Shown here: piece by piece, positions 25,120 through 35,364 of the stretch
Position numbering within the stretch: the stretch's first letter is position 1
Layout: each line of letters starts with the position of its first letter
NCBI GenBank assembly: GCA_947601485.1
Contig: CANQGF010000001.1
Span: 1-56,198 of the forward strand
Source of the DNA: an uncultured Bacilli bacterium
Lineage (GTDB): Bacteria; Bacillota_I; Bacilli_A; RF39; UBA660
DNA length: 56,198 nucleotides
Reading direction: 5' to 3'
Notes under the pieces: generated by a model
What the model was told of the DNA's origin: nothing
Databases searched by the model: none
The model's input: only the letters and a program-made list of their open reading frames with translations
Translations under genes and position numbers: made by a program

Positions 25120-26763
25120 TTACTTTTCTAATTTATCAATATAGGTATAATACCATAATTGAAAAATATAATAAGAAAATAAAACCTTTATTTCTTCTAA
25201 TGATAAACTATTATTTTTTAACTTGTTTAATAAATCTTGCATACTATTTATCTTAAACAATCTTTGGTTTTTCAAATCTTTTATTTGGGAATATTTTAAA
25301 ATATCATCTTTAAATACGGTATAAATCCAAATTTTTAAAGGTATACCAAACCCCTTCTTAGATTTATTTAACATATCTTGAGGAATATAATTATCCAAAA
25401 GTTTTTTTAAAATATATTTTTTATTGCGATGATTATATTTAAATTTATGATTTAGTTTTAAAGATGTCTCTACCAAATCATTATCTATAAAAGGATGAGT
25501 TACCGCTAAATCATAGTGAGTAGAAGATATATTTTGTTTTAAAAACAAACGATTAGCTAAAAAGGTTTGAATATCATTTAACATAAATTTTATCTGCGGT
25601 TTTAAATGTTTAGTAGATACAACACTATATCCATTAGGAATAACATCAATAATCTGTTTAACAACACTATCTCTACTTACACCCATACGATATATATTTT
25701 GAACATCTTGATAAGAATACTTTTCATTATTCATAAGACTATTAGAATATTTTAAAATGCCTTTCACTTTATTTTTAATGAAAAATGTATCATACACATT
25801 AGATCCACAAAATAATTGATCTGCTCCATCTCCAGAAACAAAAACATCAATATCTTCATTTTTAATTTTATCATTTAAAAATATAATAGGAATAATTGAA
25901 GGATCAGATAATAAATCAGCATAAAGAAAAGGTATTTTATGTGTAATAGCTAAAACTTTCTCTTCTTTTAAATAATATTCATGATGGCAAGTTTTTAAAT
26001 ATTGAGCTATTTCTTTAGCGTTAGTAGCTTCATTTCTCTCTTCATCAAAAAAGCCAACTGTATAAGTATTTAAATCATTTACATTTAATTTTTTTAATAA
26101 AGAAGAAATTAAAGTTGAATCAATCCCTGCTGATAAAAGAACACCAATTTTTTCTTTGTCTTTTATTCTAAGCTTTAAAGCATTTAAAAGTTTACTTTCT
26201 AATTCTTTTAATGCTTCCGATTCATTTTTAATTTTATTTTTATTTAAACAATATTCATTTTCAATATTATAATATTTATCTAATGTTACCTTTTTTTCAT
26301 AAATAAGAGCTGTTCCCGCTTGTAATTTATAAACATCTTCAAATATTGTATATGGTGCTTGAATATAATCATATACTAAAAAATTACTTAATTGCTGATG
26401 ACTTATCTTTAATTTTTTAGAATAAATTTTAATTATATTGGCTAAATTATTAGTACAGATAAATGTCCCTTTTTCTTGATAGTAATATAAATTTTTACTA
26501 CCTAACCCATCACGTACTAAAATAATTTGGCCATTTATTATTAAAATCAAAGCAAATTCACCATTTAATTTTTTGAATAGTTCTTGACCATAAATATTAT
26601 ATAATTTGAGTATTTTCTTTTCTAAAGATAATTTATTATTAAAATTATTTAAATCATCGAGATTATAAATATTTCCTATTAAAAAACAATAAGATTTATT
26701 TAAATCTTTCTTTTTATTATTAATATATAATTCTTTTTTATTTTTTACTATTGCAATTTCCAT
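25120..26763 (-). CDS. Asparagine-synthetase-like amidotransferase lacking the N-terminal Cys
   Basis: PP-loop SAGIDSTLISS and an AsnB-like C-terminal domain. The N-terminus is MEIAIV.. rather than MCG... ATG at 26763 follows GGGAGG. Confidence 0.8.
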   Translation of the reverse strand: MEIAIVKNKKELYINNKKKDLNKSYCFLIGNIYNLDDLNNFNNKLSLEKKILKLYNIYGQELFKKLNGEFALILIINGQIILVRDGLGSKNLYYYQEKGTFICTNNLANIIKIYSKKLKISHQQLSNFLVYDYIQAPYTIFEDVYKLQAGTALIYEKKVTLDKYYNIENEYCLNKNKIKNESEALKELESKLLNALKLRIKDKEKIGVLLSAGIDSTLISSLLKKLNVNDLNTYTVGFFDEERNEATNAKEIAQYLKTCHHEYYLKEEKVLAITHKIPFLYADLLSDPSIIPIIFLNDKIKNEDIDVFVSGDGADQLFCGSNVYDTFFIKNKVKGILKYSNSLMNNEKYSYQDVQNIYRMGVSRDSVVKQIIDVIPNGYSVVSTKHLKPQIKFMLNDIQTFLANRLFLKQNISSTHYDLAVTHPFIDNDLVETSLKLNHKFKYNHRNKKYILKKLLDNYIPQDMLNKSKKGFGIPLKIWIYTVFKDDILKYSQIKDLKNQRLFKINSMQDLLNKLKNNSLSLEEIKVLFSYYIFQLWYYTYIDKLEK

Positions 26764-26764
26764 T

Positions 26765-27853
26765 TTACCTCCCAAAAGTTTTAATTAAAAACTCCCATTT
26801 TTGAATTATTTTCTTTTTAGCATAAATATTTTTGACTTTAGCTGCTTCTTTAGCTAAACTTTTTCTTAAACTAGCATTTTCTAATACTTTTCTTAAAGCT
26901 TTTTCTAATTCTTTGACATTGTTTTTAGGAATAATAAGACCATTTTTCCCATTTTCAATTATAGTACCTATGGCTTTAGAAGAATTAGTAGAAATAACCG
27001 GTAAGGCTAAACTCATCGCTTCAATTAAAGCATTAGGCATACCTTCATAATTAGAGGGTAAAACAAAAACTTGAGCTTTGCAAATATGAGATCTAACATT
27101 ATTTGTATTTCCTTTTAAAATTACTCTATCTTCTAATTTTAATGAATTAATAAGTTTTTGGAGTTTAACCTTTTGACTTCCTTTGCCATATATTTCTAAT
27201 TTATAATGATTATAATCTTTGGGTAATTTAGAAAAAGCTTTAATTAATAGTTGAAAGTTTTTTTGTTTTTCTAATCTTCCGACACTAACAATTTTGTTTT
27301 CCCTTTTTTCTAAATGCTCATAATTTTCAAAATCTTCGGAAAGAAAATTAGGAATAAGATAAATTTTATTTGAAGAAATTCTTTTTAAATATTTAGCATA
27401 AGATTTATCTTGAATAATAAATCCATCTGCTTTTTGATAAAAATAATTTCTAATTATTTTTAAAAATCTAAACTCTTTTTGGGGATGATTACGAATAGCT
27501 ACCAATATTGGAATATTAAAAGATTTTTTTAAACTTAATCCTCTAATTGTTGGTTCTGGCAAGAAAGTAAAGATTAAATTAGGGCTTTCCTCTTTTATCA
27601 CCTCTTTTAATCTTTTACTTCTTGCTAAACTTAATTTAGTTTTTATTTTTTTTAATCCTTTTTCATTTTGTTTATTATCTTTATCTAAACATATATGTTT
27701 AATTTTTTTATTTAATTTGTATTCTGGTTTACTATTAATATTAGTAATAATAGTAATATCATATGTTTTAATAAATTCGTTAGCCAAATTGACAACCGTC
27801 TGCTCTGTTCCTCCCCTTGCTAAAGTCATTGTATAAAAGATAATTTTTTTCAT
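26765..27853 (-). CDS. Glycosyltransferase (GT4-like, GT-B fold)
   Basis: GGTEQ N-terminal motif and C-terminal EGMPNALIEAMSLALPVIST (E-x7-E type). Confidence 0.8.
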   Translation of the reverse strand: MKKIIFYTMTLARGGTEQTVVNLANEFIKTYDITIITNINSKPEYKLNKKIKHICLDKDNKQNEKGLKKIKTKLSLARSKRLKEVIKEESPNLIFTFLPEPTIRGLSLKKSFNIPILVAIRNHPQKEFRFLKIIRNYFYQKADGFIIQDKSYAKYLKRISSNKIYLIPNFLSEDFENYEHLEKRENKIVSVGRLEKQKNFQLLIKAFSKLPKDYNHYKLEIYGKGSQKVKLQKLINSLKLEDRVILKGNTNNVRSHICKAQVFVLPSNYEGMPNALIEAMSLALPVISTNSSKAIGTIIENGKNGLIIPKNNVKELEKALRKVLENASLRKSLAKEAAKVKNIYAKKKIIQKWEFLIKTFGR

Positions 27854-29550
27854 TTTAAACCTCGACATAACTTTTTATAAGTACTATTTTCTTCTAATAA
27901 TTTTTTATGTTTTCCTTTAGCTATTAAGTTACCATTTTCTAAAACCATTACTTTATCAGCAATTAAATTAAAATGAAAATCATGCGTAATCATAATAATT
28001 GTATAGTCTTTTTTTAATTTTAAAATAATATCTTCAATATCCTTCTTAGAAATAGGATCTAAATTATTAGTTACCTCATCAAGTAATATTACTTTGGAAT
28101 TAGATAGTAAAGCACGAGCTAAAGCTAATTTTTGTTTTTCTCCCCCACTTAAATTAGCGGCATCTTCATTAATAATAGTATCATAACCATCTTTTAAAGA
28201 ATTAATTTTAGCACTAAGGCCAACTAAAGCACAGACTTTCTTTATTTTATTAAAATCGTCATCAATTATAGCTAGATTATTTTTAATAGACATATTAAAA
28301 ATAAAAGGTTGTTGAGTTACTAAAGAGACACTTTCCCTAATACTTTCTTCTTTTAAACTATTAATATTATAATTATCTAAAAAAATACTTCCTTTTAAAA
28401 CATCATCAGTTTTAGTTATTAAAGAAAATAACGTAGATTTACCACTACCTGTATGACCAACTATTGTAACAAACTCCCCGGCTTTAATATGAAAATTAAT
28501 ATTCTTTAAATGAAATTTATCATGATAGGAAAAATAAACATTTTTAAAAGTAATATTACCTTGATAATCTTTCATTTCTAAATTACCAAACTTTTCTGTT
28601 TGGTAATCTAAAATAGTCATTATTCTTTGCAAAGATAGATTAAATTTACCAAAATGATTAATTAATTGAGCCATTTTATTTGAAAAAGTAAATACTCGAT
28701 TACGATACATAAATATCATAATAAATGTAGATGCTAATAATAAGTTATTTTTAATGAGTATTACCGATAATAAAAGCATTCCTCCTGTAGAGACTGTTTC
28801 TAAAAAACGCGTTAATTTATTTGTATAATCAATATACATTTGACTTTTATATTCTAAGGCCCCTATTTCTTCAAAGGAATTATCCGTCTTATTTTTAAAA
28901 TTATCTTTTAATTTTAAAACTTTAATATCTTTAGCACCTTTTATTACTTGACCTAACAAAGAAGCATTATAATCTAGTTTGTTTAAATTTTCTTCTTTAT
29001 AATATAAACTTTTTTTTATACCATAAAAATGAATTAACAACAACACTAGAGTACAAACAAAATAATAAAGACCAATTATTTTATTTAAATAAAATATAAC
29101 AAATAAAACACCAATATTACTGATAACTAAAACTAAACTATCTTTAATATAACCTAAATAAGTGGCAATATAATTGGAATCATCTTTGATTCGATTTAAA
29201 AATTTTCCTTGGCCTTCATCTTTTATAGTAGAAAGTTTTAAATTTAAAACGACATTACAAGCCTTTTTTCTTATTCCTAAAACTATTTTCTTTTGGAATA
29301 CTAAATAAGTTTTAGTTATAAGTAAATTACAAAAGAAAATACCCATTTCTAAAAAGCCGATTAAAAATACTAACAAAATAGAAGTTTTAAATTTACTTTC
29401 TAAAATATGATTGATAAGCATTCCTCCAATAGAAGGAGAAATGCTCGACATTACAGCAACAATTAAAGTAAAGATTAAAAGAACAATTAATTCTTTATGA
29501 CAATTTTTTAAAAATAAACGACATGATTTAATATTTTTCCAAAAACGCAT
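27850..29550 (-). CDS. ABC exporter, fused permease-ATPase (MsbA/PglK-like)
   Basis: Six TM helices in the N-terminal half. Walker A GHTGSGKST, signature LSGGEKQ, Walker B ILLDE. Confidence 0.88.
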   Translation of the reverse strand: MRFWKNIKSCRLFLKNCHKELIVLLIFTLIVAVMSSISPSIGGMLINHILESKFKTSILLVFLIGFLEMGIFFCNLLITKTYLVFQKKIVLGIRKKACNVVLNLKLSTIKDEGQGKFLNRIKDDSNYIATYLGYIKDSLVLVISNIGVLFVIFYLNKIIGLYYFVCTLVLLLIHFYGIKKSLYYKEENLNKLDYNASLLGQVIKGAKDIKVLKLKDNFKNKTDNSFEEIGALEYKSQMYIDYTNKLTRFLETVSTGGMLLLSVILIKNNLLLASTFIMIFMYRNRVFTFSNKMAQLINHFGKFNLSLQRIMTILDYQTEKFGNLEMKDYQGNITFKNVYFSYHDKFHLKNINFHIKAGEFVTIVGHTGSGKSTLFSLITKTDDVLKGSIFLDNYNINSLKEESIRESVSLVTQQPFIFNMSIKNNLAIIDDDFNKIKKVCALVGLSAKINSLKDGYDTIINEDAANLSGGEKQKLALARALLSNSKVILLDEVTNNLDPISKKDIEDIILKLKKDYTIIMITHDFHFNLIADKVMVLENGNLIAKGKHKKLLEENSTYKKLCRGLK

Positions 29551-29552
29551 AT

Positions 29553-30677
29553 TTACACCTCTTTACCTAAAAGTTGCTCATAAACTTTAACATACTCTTT
29601 TAAAATATTATTTATACTATATTCTAAGATAGCTGGTTGATTATTCTTGCCTAAAGTTTTAGCATAACTATAATTTTCTTTTAAATAATTTATTGCCGTT
29701 ATCAATGCTTTAGCATCATTAAGAGGAACAACTAAACCATTAACTTTATTGGTAATTAAATCACGATTTCCTCGGCAATCAGTAACTATTATTGGTTTTT
29801 CTTTATACATAGCTTCCATAATATTTAAAGGTAAACCTTCTTGTTTACTAACGGAAATTACTAAATCAGCAATATCCAATAAATTAGCAATATCAGGACG
29901 AAAGCCTAAAACTTTGACTCTATCTTCTAAATGAAACTTTTGAATATAACTATTGATATCAGAAGATAGATTAGATCGTCCTGCTAGTAATAATTTAATA
30001 TTTTTATCTTTAATTTGGGCCATAGTTTTAATAAGATATTTTTGTCTTTTTCGTTTTGATATTTCGGCAATATATAATATAACAAAATCATTTTTACTTA
30101 AGCCTAAATGCTGACGATATTGAAATTGTTCTTTTAAAGTTAATTTAGTTTTTAATCTGTTTTCATTAAATCCTATACCCTTTATATATTTAACAACTGT
30201 TTTAAAATGTTTTTGAGCAAATTTATAATCTTCTTCATTAATTGTAATTAAAACGTCAGTATATTTAATTAAATACCGTTCTACGGGATAATAAATTAAA
30301 TAATTTAACCAAGGACACCCTTTAAAAAAATGAAACCCATGCGCAGTATAAATTAATTTTGTCTGTTTTAATTTTATTGCTTTTGCCGAAGCTAAACGGG
30401 CGACAACTCCACCCATAGGAGTTGAGCAAGAAATTAAAGAATATTTTTCTTGAGCAATTACTTTGCGTAATTGCCAAATAGCTTTAATATTTTGCCAATG
30501 AAAAGGAGTTCTAGAAATAGGAATTTTAATTTTTTTAGTAGCATAAGGAAGTAAAAGGTCAGTATTATTAGCAAGATGTACTTCATAACCTTTTTTTTGA
30601 AAATATTCTAAATAAGCTAAATAGCATAATTCTAAATGAAAATCACTATTTGCTACAAAAAGAATTTTTTTCTTCAT
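29553..30677 (-). CDS. Glycosyltransferase (GT4-like)
   Basis: GT-B layout with SKQEGLPLNIMEAMYKEKPIIVTD. Confidence 0.8.
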   Translation of the reverse strand: MKKKILFVANSDFHLELCYLAYLEYFQKKGYEVHLANNTDLLLPYATKKIKIPISRTPFHWQNIKAIWQLRKVIAQEKYSLISCSTPMGGVVARLASAKAIKLKQTKLIYTAHGFHFFKGCPWLNYLIYYPVERYLIKYTDVLITINEEDYKFAQKHFKTVVKYIKGIGFNENRLKTKLTLKEQFQYRQHLGLSKNDFVILYIAEISKRKRQKYLIKTMAQIKDKNIKLLLAGRSNLSSDINSYIQKFHLEDRVKVLGFRPDIANLLDIADLVISVSKQEGLPLNIMEAMYKEKPIIVTDCRGNRDLITNKVNGLVVPLNDAKALITAINYLKENYSYAKTLGKNNQPAILEYSINNILKEYVKVYEQLLGKEV

Positions 30678-30685
30678 ACTTCCTC

Positions 30686-31825
30686 CTATATTTCTATTTC
30701 TCCATTAATATCACAAAAATAAATTTTAAATAAGCCCCGATATTCCGGATATACTTTTAAATATTCTTTAGTAAAACGTTTTTCTATTTCTTTTTCGTAT
30801 TGAGGGTCTATTAAAGCCATATAATAGCCCCTAAATCCTGCCCCAGAAAATCTTCCACCGTAAATGCCTTTCGTTTTTTGAGCAATTTTATGCAGTAATT
30901 CTAAAGGCTTTGAACCAGTTTGGTATTTTTTTATCGAAGAAGAACCCGAAGCAAAAATATATTTACCAAAATTTACTAAGTCCCCTTTTTCAAAATATTT
31001 AATTCCTTTAGTAACTCGTTTCATTTCTTCATAAAAATGTTCAGCCCGCAATACTTGTTGCGCAGGTAAATATTTTTGATATCTTTTAAAATTTTGATAT
31101 CTTATATTTCCTAAATAAGCATCATCATATTCAATTTCTTGATTTTTTAAAAAATTATTTAAAGAAAAGGCCGCACTTTTACACTCATCTACTCTAACAT
31201 TGTAAATAGTATCACTTAACTTTTTAGAAAGCCCTGAATAGACTAAACAAATTTTAAAATGCATTTTCTTTTGCGGTTTAATTAAATGATATTCTTGCTT
31301 TTTGATATCTAAATAAAGCAAACTATTTTTTTGACAATATATTTCACAAGCTGGGTCTAAAATACCCACCTTATTGTGCATATATTTACGTTCAACTTTT
31401 TGAACTAAATTAATAATTTTTTCTTTAGTTAATTGAATATTATTAACTTTGCATAAAGCACTTATATAAGAAATAATAATTGCTGAAGAAGAAGCTAAAC
31501 CACCCGTAGGAATTGACTTTTCAATATATGCTTTAATGCCCTGTTTTAAAAAATATTCTTCTTGTAAAACTTTAATACTCCCTACCAGATAATCAAGCCA
31601 AGAACCATCAAACTTTGGCAAAGAGGTATAATTAAATATTACTTTTTGAGCATAGTTTTCACAAATAATATTAAAATTACCATTTTTTAACGCTCTATAA
31701 TGCATTGTTATTCCATAATTAATAGCAAAACCCGTTACTTTGCCTAATTGATGATCAATATGAGCTCCTAAAGGACAAACCCGAAAAGGAACAAAAGATT
31801 TATATTCATATTTTAATTTTAGCAT
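30686..31825 (-). CDS. GHMP-family sugar kinase (galactokinase-like)
   Basis: N-terminal RVCPLGAHIDHQ, GHMP motif PTGGLASSSA, C-terminal RFSGAGFRG. Confidence 0.8.
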   Translation of the reverse strand: MLKLKYEYKSFVPFRVCPLGAHIDHQLGKVTGFAINYGITMHYRALKNGNFNIICENYAQKVIFNYTSLPKFDGSWLDYLVGSIKVLQEEYFLKQGIKAYIEKSIPTGGLASSSAIIISYISALCKVNNIQLTKEKIINLVQKVERKYMHNKVGILDPACEIYCQKNSLLYLDIKKQEYHLIKPQKKMHFKICLVYSGLSKKLSDTIYNVRVDECKSAAFSLNNFLKNQEIEYDDAYLGNIRYQNFKRYQKYLPAQQVLRAEHFYEEMKRVTKGIKYFEKGDLVNFGKYIFASGSSSIKKYQTGSKPLELLHKIAQKTKGIYGGRFSGAGFRGYYMALIDPQYEKEIEKRFTKEYLKVYPEYRGLFKIYFCDINGEIEI

Positions 31826-31855
31826 TACTATCCCTCTTTCATGATTAAGGAAAGA

Positions 31856-32995
31856 TTAATTATTCTTATCCCCCTCTAATATAATTTTTTTCCATTTTTC
31901 CATAATAATATCTTTATTAAATGTTTTAATTCTTTCTAATGATTTTTGCTGATAATATTTATATTTACTTTTATTATTTAATAATAGTAAAAGTGCTTTT
32001 ACTAAATCTCTTTCCTTATTTTCTTTAGAAATTAAAATTCCATATTTAGCTTGGGTCATTTTGGTGACGCCTTTGTCCTCATAATAATTATCACTTAATA
32101 TTTCTTTAGCACCCCCAGGAGCATCAGTAGCAATAATAGGTGCTCCACAAGCCATAGCTTCAATGATCACATTAGGAAAACCTTCAAAGTCAGATGCTAA
32201 AACAAAAGCTTTAGCACGATAAATATATTGGTATGGATTTTTTTGAAAATCCATTAAATAAACATTATTTTCAAGATTATTAGCTTTAATCAAAGCTAAT
32301 AATTTTTCTTTTAAAGGTCCTCTTCCCAAAATTAATAATTGGCTATCTGGTACTTTTTTTACAACATCTACCATAGCTTTAATAATTTCAATATGTCCTT
32401 TATGTTCTACTAATCGCCCCATAGTTACAATTAAATTATTAGATAATGATTCTTTAGGTTCTTTTTGCCTATCTTCTAGTATTTGCAATTCATTACAAAA
32501 ATTTTCTATTACCACTACTTTTTTGGGATTGCATTTAAAATTATGAATTTGATCATATGCTACACTTTTTGAACAACACACAATTTTGTTAGCTAATTTA
32601 ATAGATATTTTATGACATAATTTTTCCAATCTTTTTTCATTTTTAGTAGTTAAATGATTTCTTATAGAAATTATTGTTTTTTCTTTGTAATGAGATATTA
32701 CATTATAAAAATTATAAAGAGTAATATAACTAATACAAACATCAATTTTATTTTGTTTTTTTAACTGGCGGATTTTTAATATACCTAAAATTTTACGCCA
32801 ACCTTGCAGTTCCTTCATTTCAATGACTGGCACCTTACAAATATAATCTTTATTTTGAGCGTTGGCTGTAACTAAAATAACATTATGATATTTAATCAAT
32901 TCATTAGCTAAGTTAGTTATTGATCTTTCTGCTCCCCCATTTTTAAGTTGACCTATTATTAACATTATATTTTTCTTCATGATGTTTCCTTTCAT
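31856..32995 (-). CDS. Glycosyltransferase (GT4-like)
   Basis: NGGAERS N-terminus and FEGFPNVIIEAMACGAPIIATD. An alternative start at 32980 is also preceded by an RBS. Confidence 0.8.
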   Translation of the reverse strand: MKGNIMKKNIMLIIGQLKNGGAERSITNLANELIKYHNVILVTANAQNKDYICKVPVIEMKELQGWRKILGILKIRQLKKQNKIDVCISYITLYNFYNVISHYKEKTIISIRNHLTTKNEKRLEKLCHKISIKLANKIVCCSKSVAYDQIHNFKCNPKKVVVIENFCNELQILEDRQKEPKESLSNNLIVTMGRLVEHKGHIEIIKAMVDVVKKVPDSQLLILGRGPLKEKLLALIKANNLENNVYLMDFQKNPYQYIYRAKAFVLASDFEGFPNVIIEAMACGAPIIATDAPGGAKEILSDNYYEDKGVTKMTQAKYGILISKENKERDLVKALLLLLNNKSKYKYYQQKSLERIKTFNKDIIMEKWKKIILEGDKNN

Positions 32996-34067
32996 TTTTG
33001 ATTTCCTTATAAAAACTACAATTACAATTATTATTTGGACAAATTAAATAATCAGTTAATAAATTTATATCATCTTCTAAGATATTGCCAACAATCGTCT
33101 GATTAGGACAACTAAGGCATCTAGATACTACTCCTAAATTGTTAATCGTTAGATTATGAATTCCTGAATCACATAAAAAACCATGAGGATTAAAGTGTCC
33201 GTCTTTAATTTTCAAACTTATCTTACTGGTATTTGAAAAATAATATATTTTATTATCTTTAGTTAAAACTTTAATAATTTTACGATTTGAATTGCTTAAT
33301 TTATCTTTTAACTTATTAGAAATACTTTTTTTATAATTTCTAATAATAACATAATTAATTGTTAAAGCGCATTTTTCATATTTTCTTTTAAATTTTTGGT
33401 ATGCTTCATAATCTTCATCGGTTATTAAAGGATAAGTTATTATTACAATTAATTGATTTTTTTTTGCTAATAAACTTAGACATAAAAAGATAAATTTATA
33501 GATAAAGTTTTTTCTAGATTGAAAATATCTTCGACCGTGAACTACATAATATTGAAAACGATTTATATTATATATAGTCTTAACTTTTTTGATAAATTCT
33601 TCTTCTGTTGTAAATTCTTTATAGAAACTGGCTGCAATAGATAATTTACGAACATAAGGAGACTTATTTTTTAAAAATAAATCTCGCATTTTCTTATATA
33701 CTTCTATGTCAGCTGATAAATTAGTAGTTATATGATATTCTATCTCTCCATTAAAATTAACTTTTAATAATTTTTCCAAAATAGTTAAAAAATCATTTAA
33801 AATTGTAATTTCGCCACCAATTAAATAAATATATAAATTTTTATATTTATTATTTATTTTATTTTCAATAAAATAAATAATTTTATCACATATAGCATTT
33901 CTTATTTTTGCACTTTCACCTTTACTCTCTTTTAAATGTTTTTCTTTATTACCCTGAATACAGAAATCACAATAATAATTACATAAATTAGTAATATTCC
34001 ATCTAATAGTATAAGAATTAGGAGCATATTTTAAGTTTTCAATTTTTAATATATCGTCGTTATTCAT
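32943..34067 (-). CDS. Radical SAM enzyme with Cys-rich C-terminus
   Basis: CNYYCDFC (Cx3Cx2C) near the N-terminus. C-terminal cysteines (CDSG..CLSCPN..CPNNNCNC) suggest auxiliary clusters. Confidence 0.8.
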   Translation of the reverse strand: MNNDDILKIENLKYAPNSYTIRWNITNLCNYYCDFCIQGNKEKHLKESKGESAKIRNAICDKIIYFIENKINNKYKNLYIYLIGGEITILNDFLTILEKLLKVNFNGEIEYHITTNLSADIEVYKKMRDLFLKNKSPYVRKLSIAASFYKEFTTEEEFIKKVKTIYNINRFQYYVVHGRRYFQSRKNFIYKFIFLCLSLLAKKNQLIVIITYPLITDEDYEAYQKFKRKYEKCALTINYVIIRNYKKSISNKLKDKLSNSNRKIIKVLTKDNKIYYFSNTSKISLKIKDGHFNPHGFLCDSGIHNLTINNLGVVSRCLSCPNQTIVGNILEDDINLLTDYLICPNNNCNCSFYKEIKNERKHHEEKYNVNNRST

Positions 34068-35364
34068 AATTACACTTCTTTCTATTCAAATTCATAAAAT
34101 AAAATATATATGGTAGACAAAAAACTGAAGGTAAAATATATCTATACAACGATGCTGGTGCAACTAAAGCTGCAACCCATACTACTATTATTGGAATAAG
34201 AACAATAATATTTTTTCGCTTTTTAAGGAGTGCATATAAAAATAATATAATTAATAAATATAAATTAATTGCTGGTGAAAATAATATAATTATAGGTATA
34301 ATTAATAATTTAATTATTTTCGAAATCAATTTATGATTAATATTTGATAATTTTCTATAATTACCTATTAATACATTTTCATTTGGAATTATTAATCTTT
34401 TATTTTTATTCCAAAAAGCTTTTATACTTTCTTTTGGATATCTTATAAATAAATTCACGTTTAATTTTAAAAATTCCAGTTTATGACATTTAAAATAATC
34501 TTCATGAAAGTATTTTTTTATTCCATCAATTTTAGTTTTATTATATTTTTGTTGTAAAGGATTAATATCAATAAAATTACTAATTTTTTGTAAAGTAGTT
34601 TTAGAAACATCTTGATTATATACTATATAATTTATTTGATTTATAAATATTCCCAAGCGTTCCACTTCTTCTGTGGGTTTTACATTTAACAATGTTAAAA
34701 TTACATTATTCCATATAATAAATAGCACCATAATAGCTATAAAAATTAAACTTAAACGCTTAAGATATTGTTTTCTAAAAAAAATCAATAAAAATATTTG
34801 CGTGACTGTTATTATGTAAATTCCATTGTTTTTATATAAAAAAGTAAATATCATACTTATAAATAATAAACCAATATTTTTTCTTTTTGATAAATACTCA
34901 CTAGGATTATTTATTAGTCTAGAAAGTTCAACAATATAAAATAATATGCTAACGCTAAATAAAGTATCTTTAGTAGTATAAATTGCAAAAAGAGCAAAAA
35001 CTGGGTAAAACGCATAAAACAAAATTAACAAATTATTTTTAATTTTTATTTTATCCAAATTATATTTTGCATAAGTACAAACTCCTGCTATCGCACACAT
35101 TTGCAAAAAAGAATTTAATAATACTGCTAAATTATCGTTATGAAATATCTTGCCTATATTTATAAATATTTTCCATAAAAATGTTTGAAATACTGGATGA
35201 TGATTAGATAAGCTTTGAAGGCCAATAGCTTGTTTCATTTGCGAATATGTATCACTAATAATTATACCAGGATAAAAATGTATTAAATATGGAATATAAC
35301 TAACAAAAATAAGAAGGAAAATGAATATATATTTATGTTGTTTAATAAGATTGTTTCTCTTCAT
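34060..35364 (-). CDS. Polytopic membrane protein (434 aa), possible GT-C type glycosyltransferase
   Basis: More than 10 hydrophobic helices, embedded in the glycan cluster. Family not recognised. Confidence 0.7.
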   Translation of the reverse strand: MKRNNLIKQHKYIFIFLLIFVSYIPYLIHFYPGIIISDTYSQMKQAIGLQSLSNHHPVFQTFLWKIFINIGKIFHNDNLAVLLNSFLQMCAIAGVCTYAKYNLDKIKIKNNLLILFYAFYPVFALFAIYTTKDTLFSVSILFYIVELSRLINNPSEYLSKRKNIGLLFISMIFTFLYKNNGIYIITVTQIFLLIFFRKQYLKRLSLIFIAIMVLFIIWNNVILTLLNVKPTEEVERLGIFINQINYIVYNQDVSKTTLQKISNFIDINPLQQKYNKTKIDGIKKYFHEDYFKCHKLEFLKLNVNLFIRYPKESIKAFWNKNKRLIIPNENVLIGNYRKLSNINHKLISKIIKLLIIPIIILFSPAINLYLLIILFLYALLKKRKNIIVLIPIIVVWVAALVAPASLYRYILPSVFCLPYIFYFMNLNRKKCNYE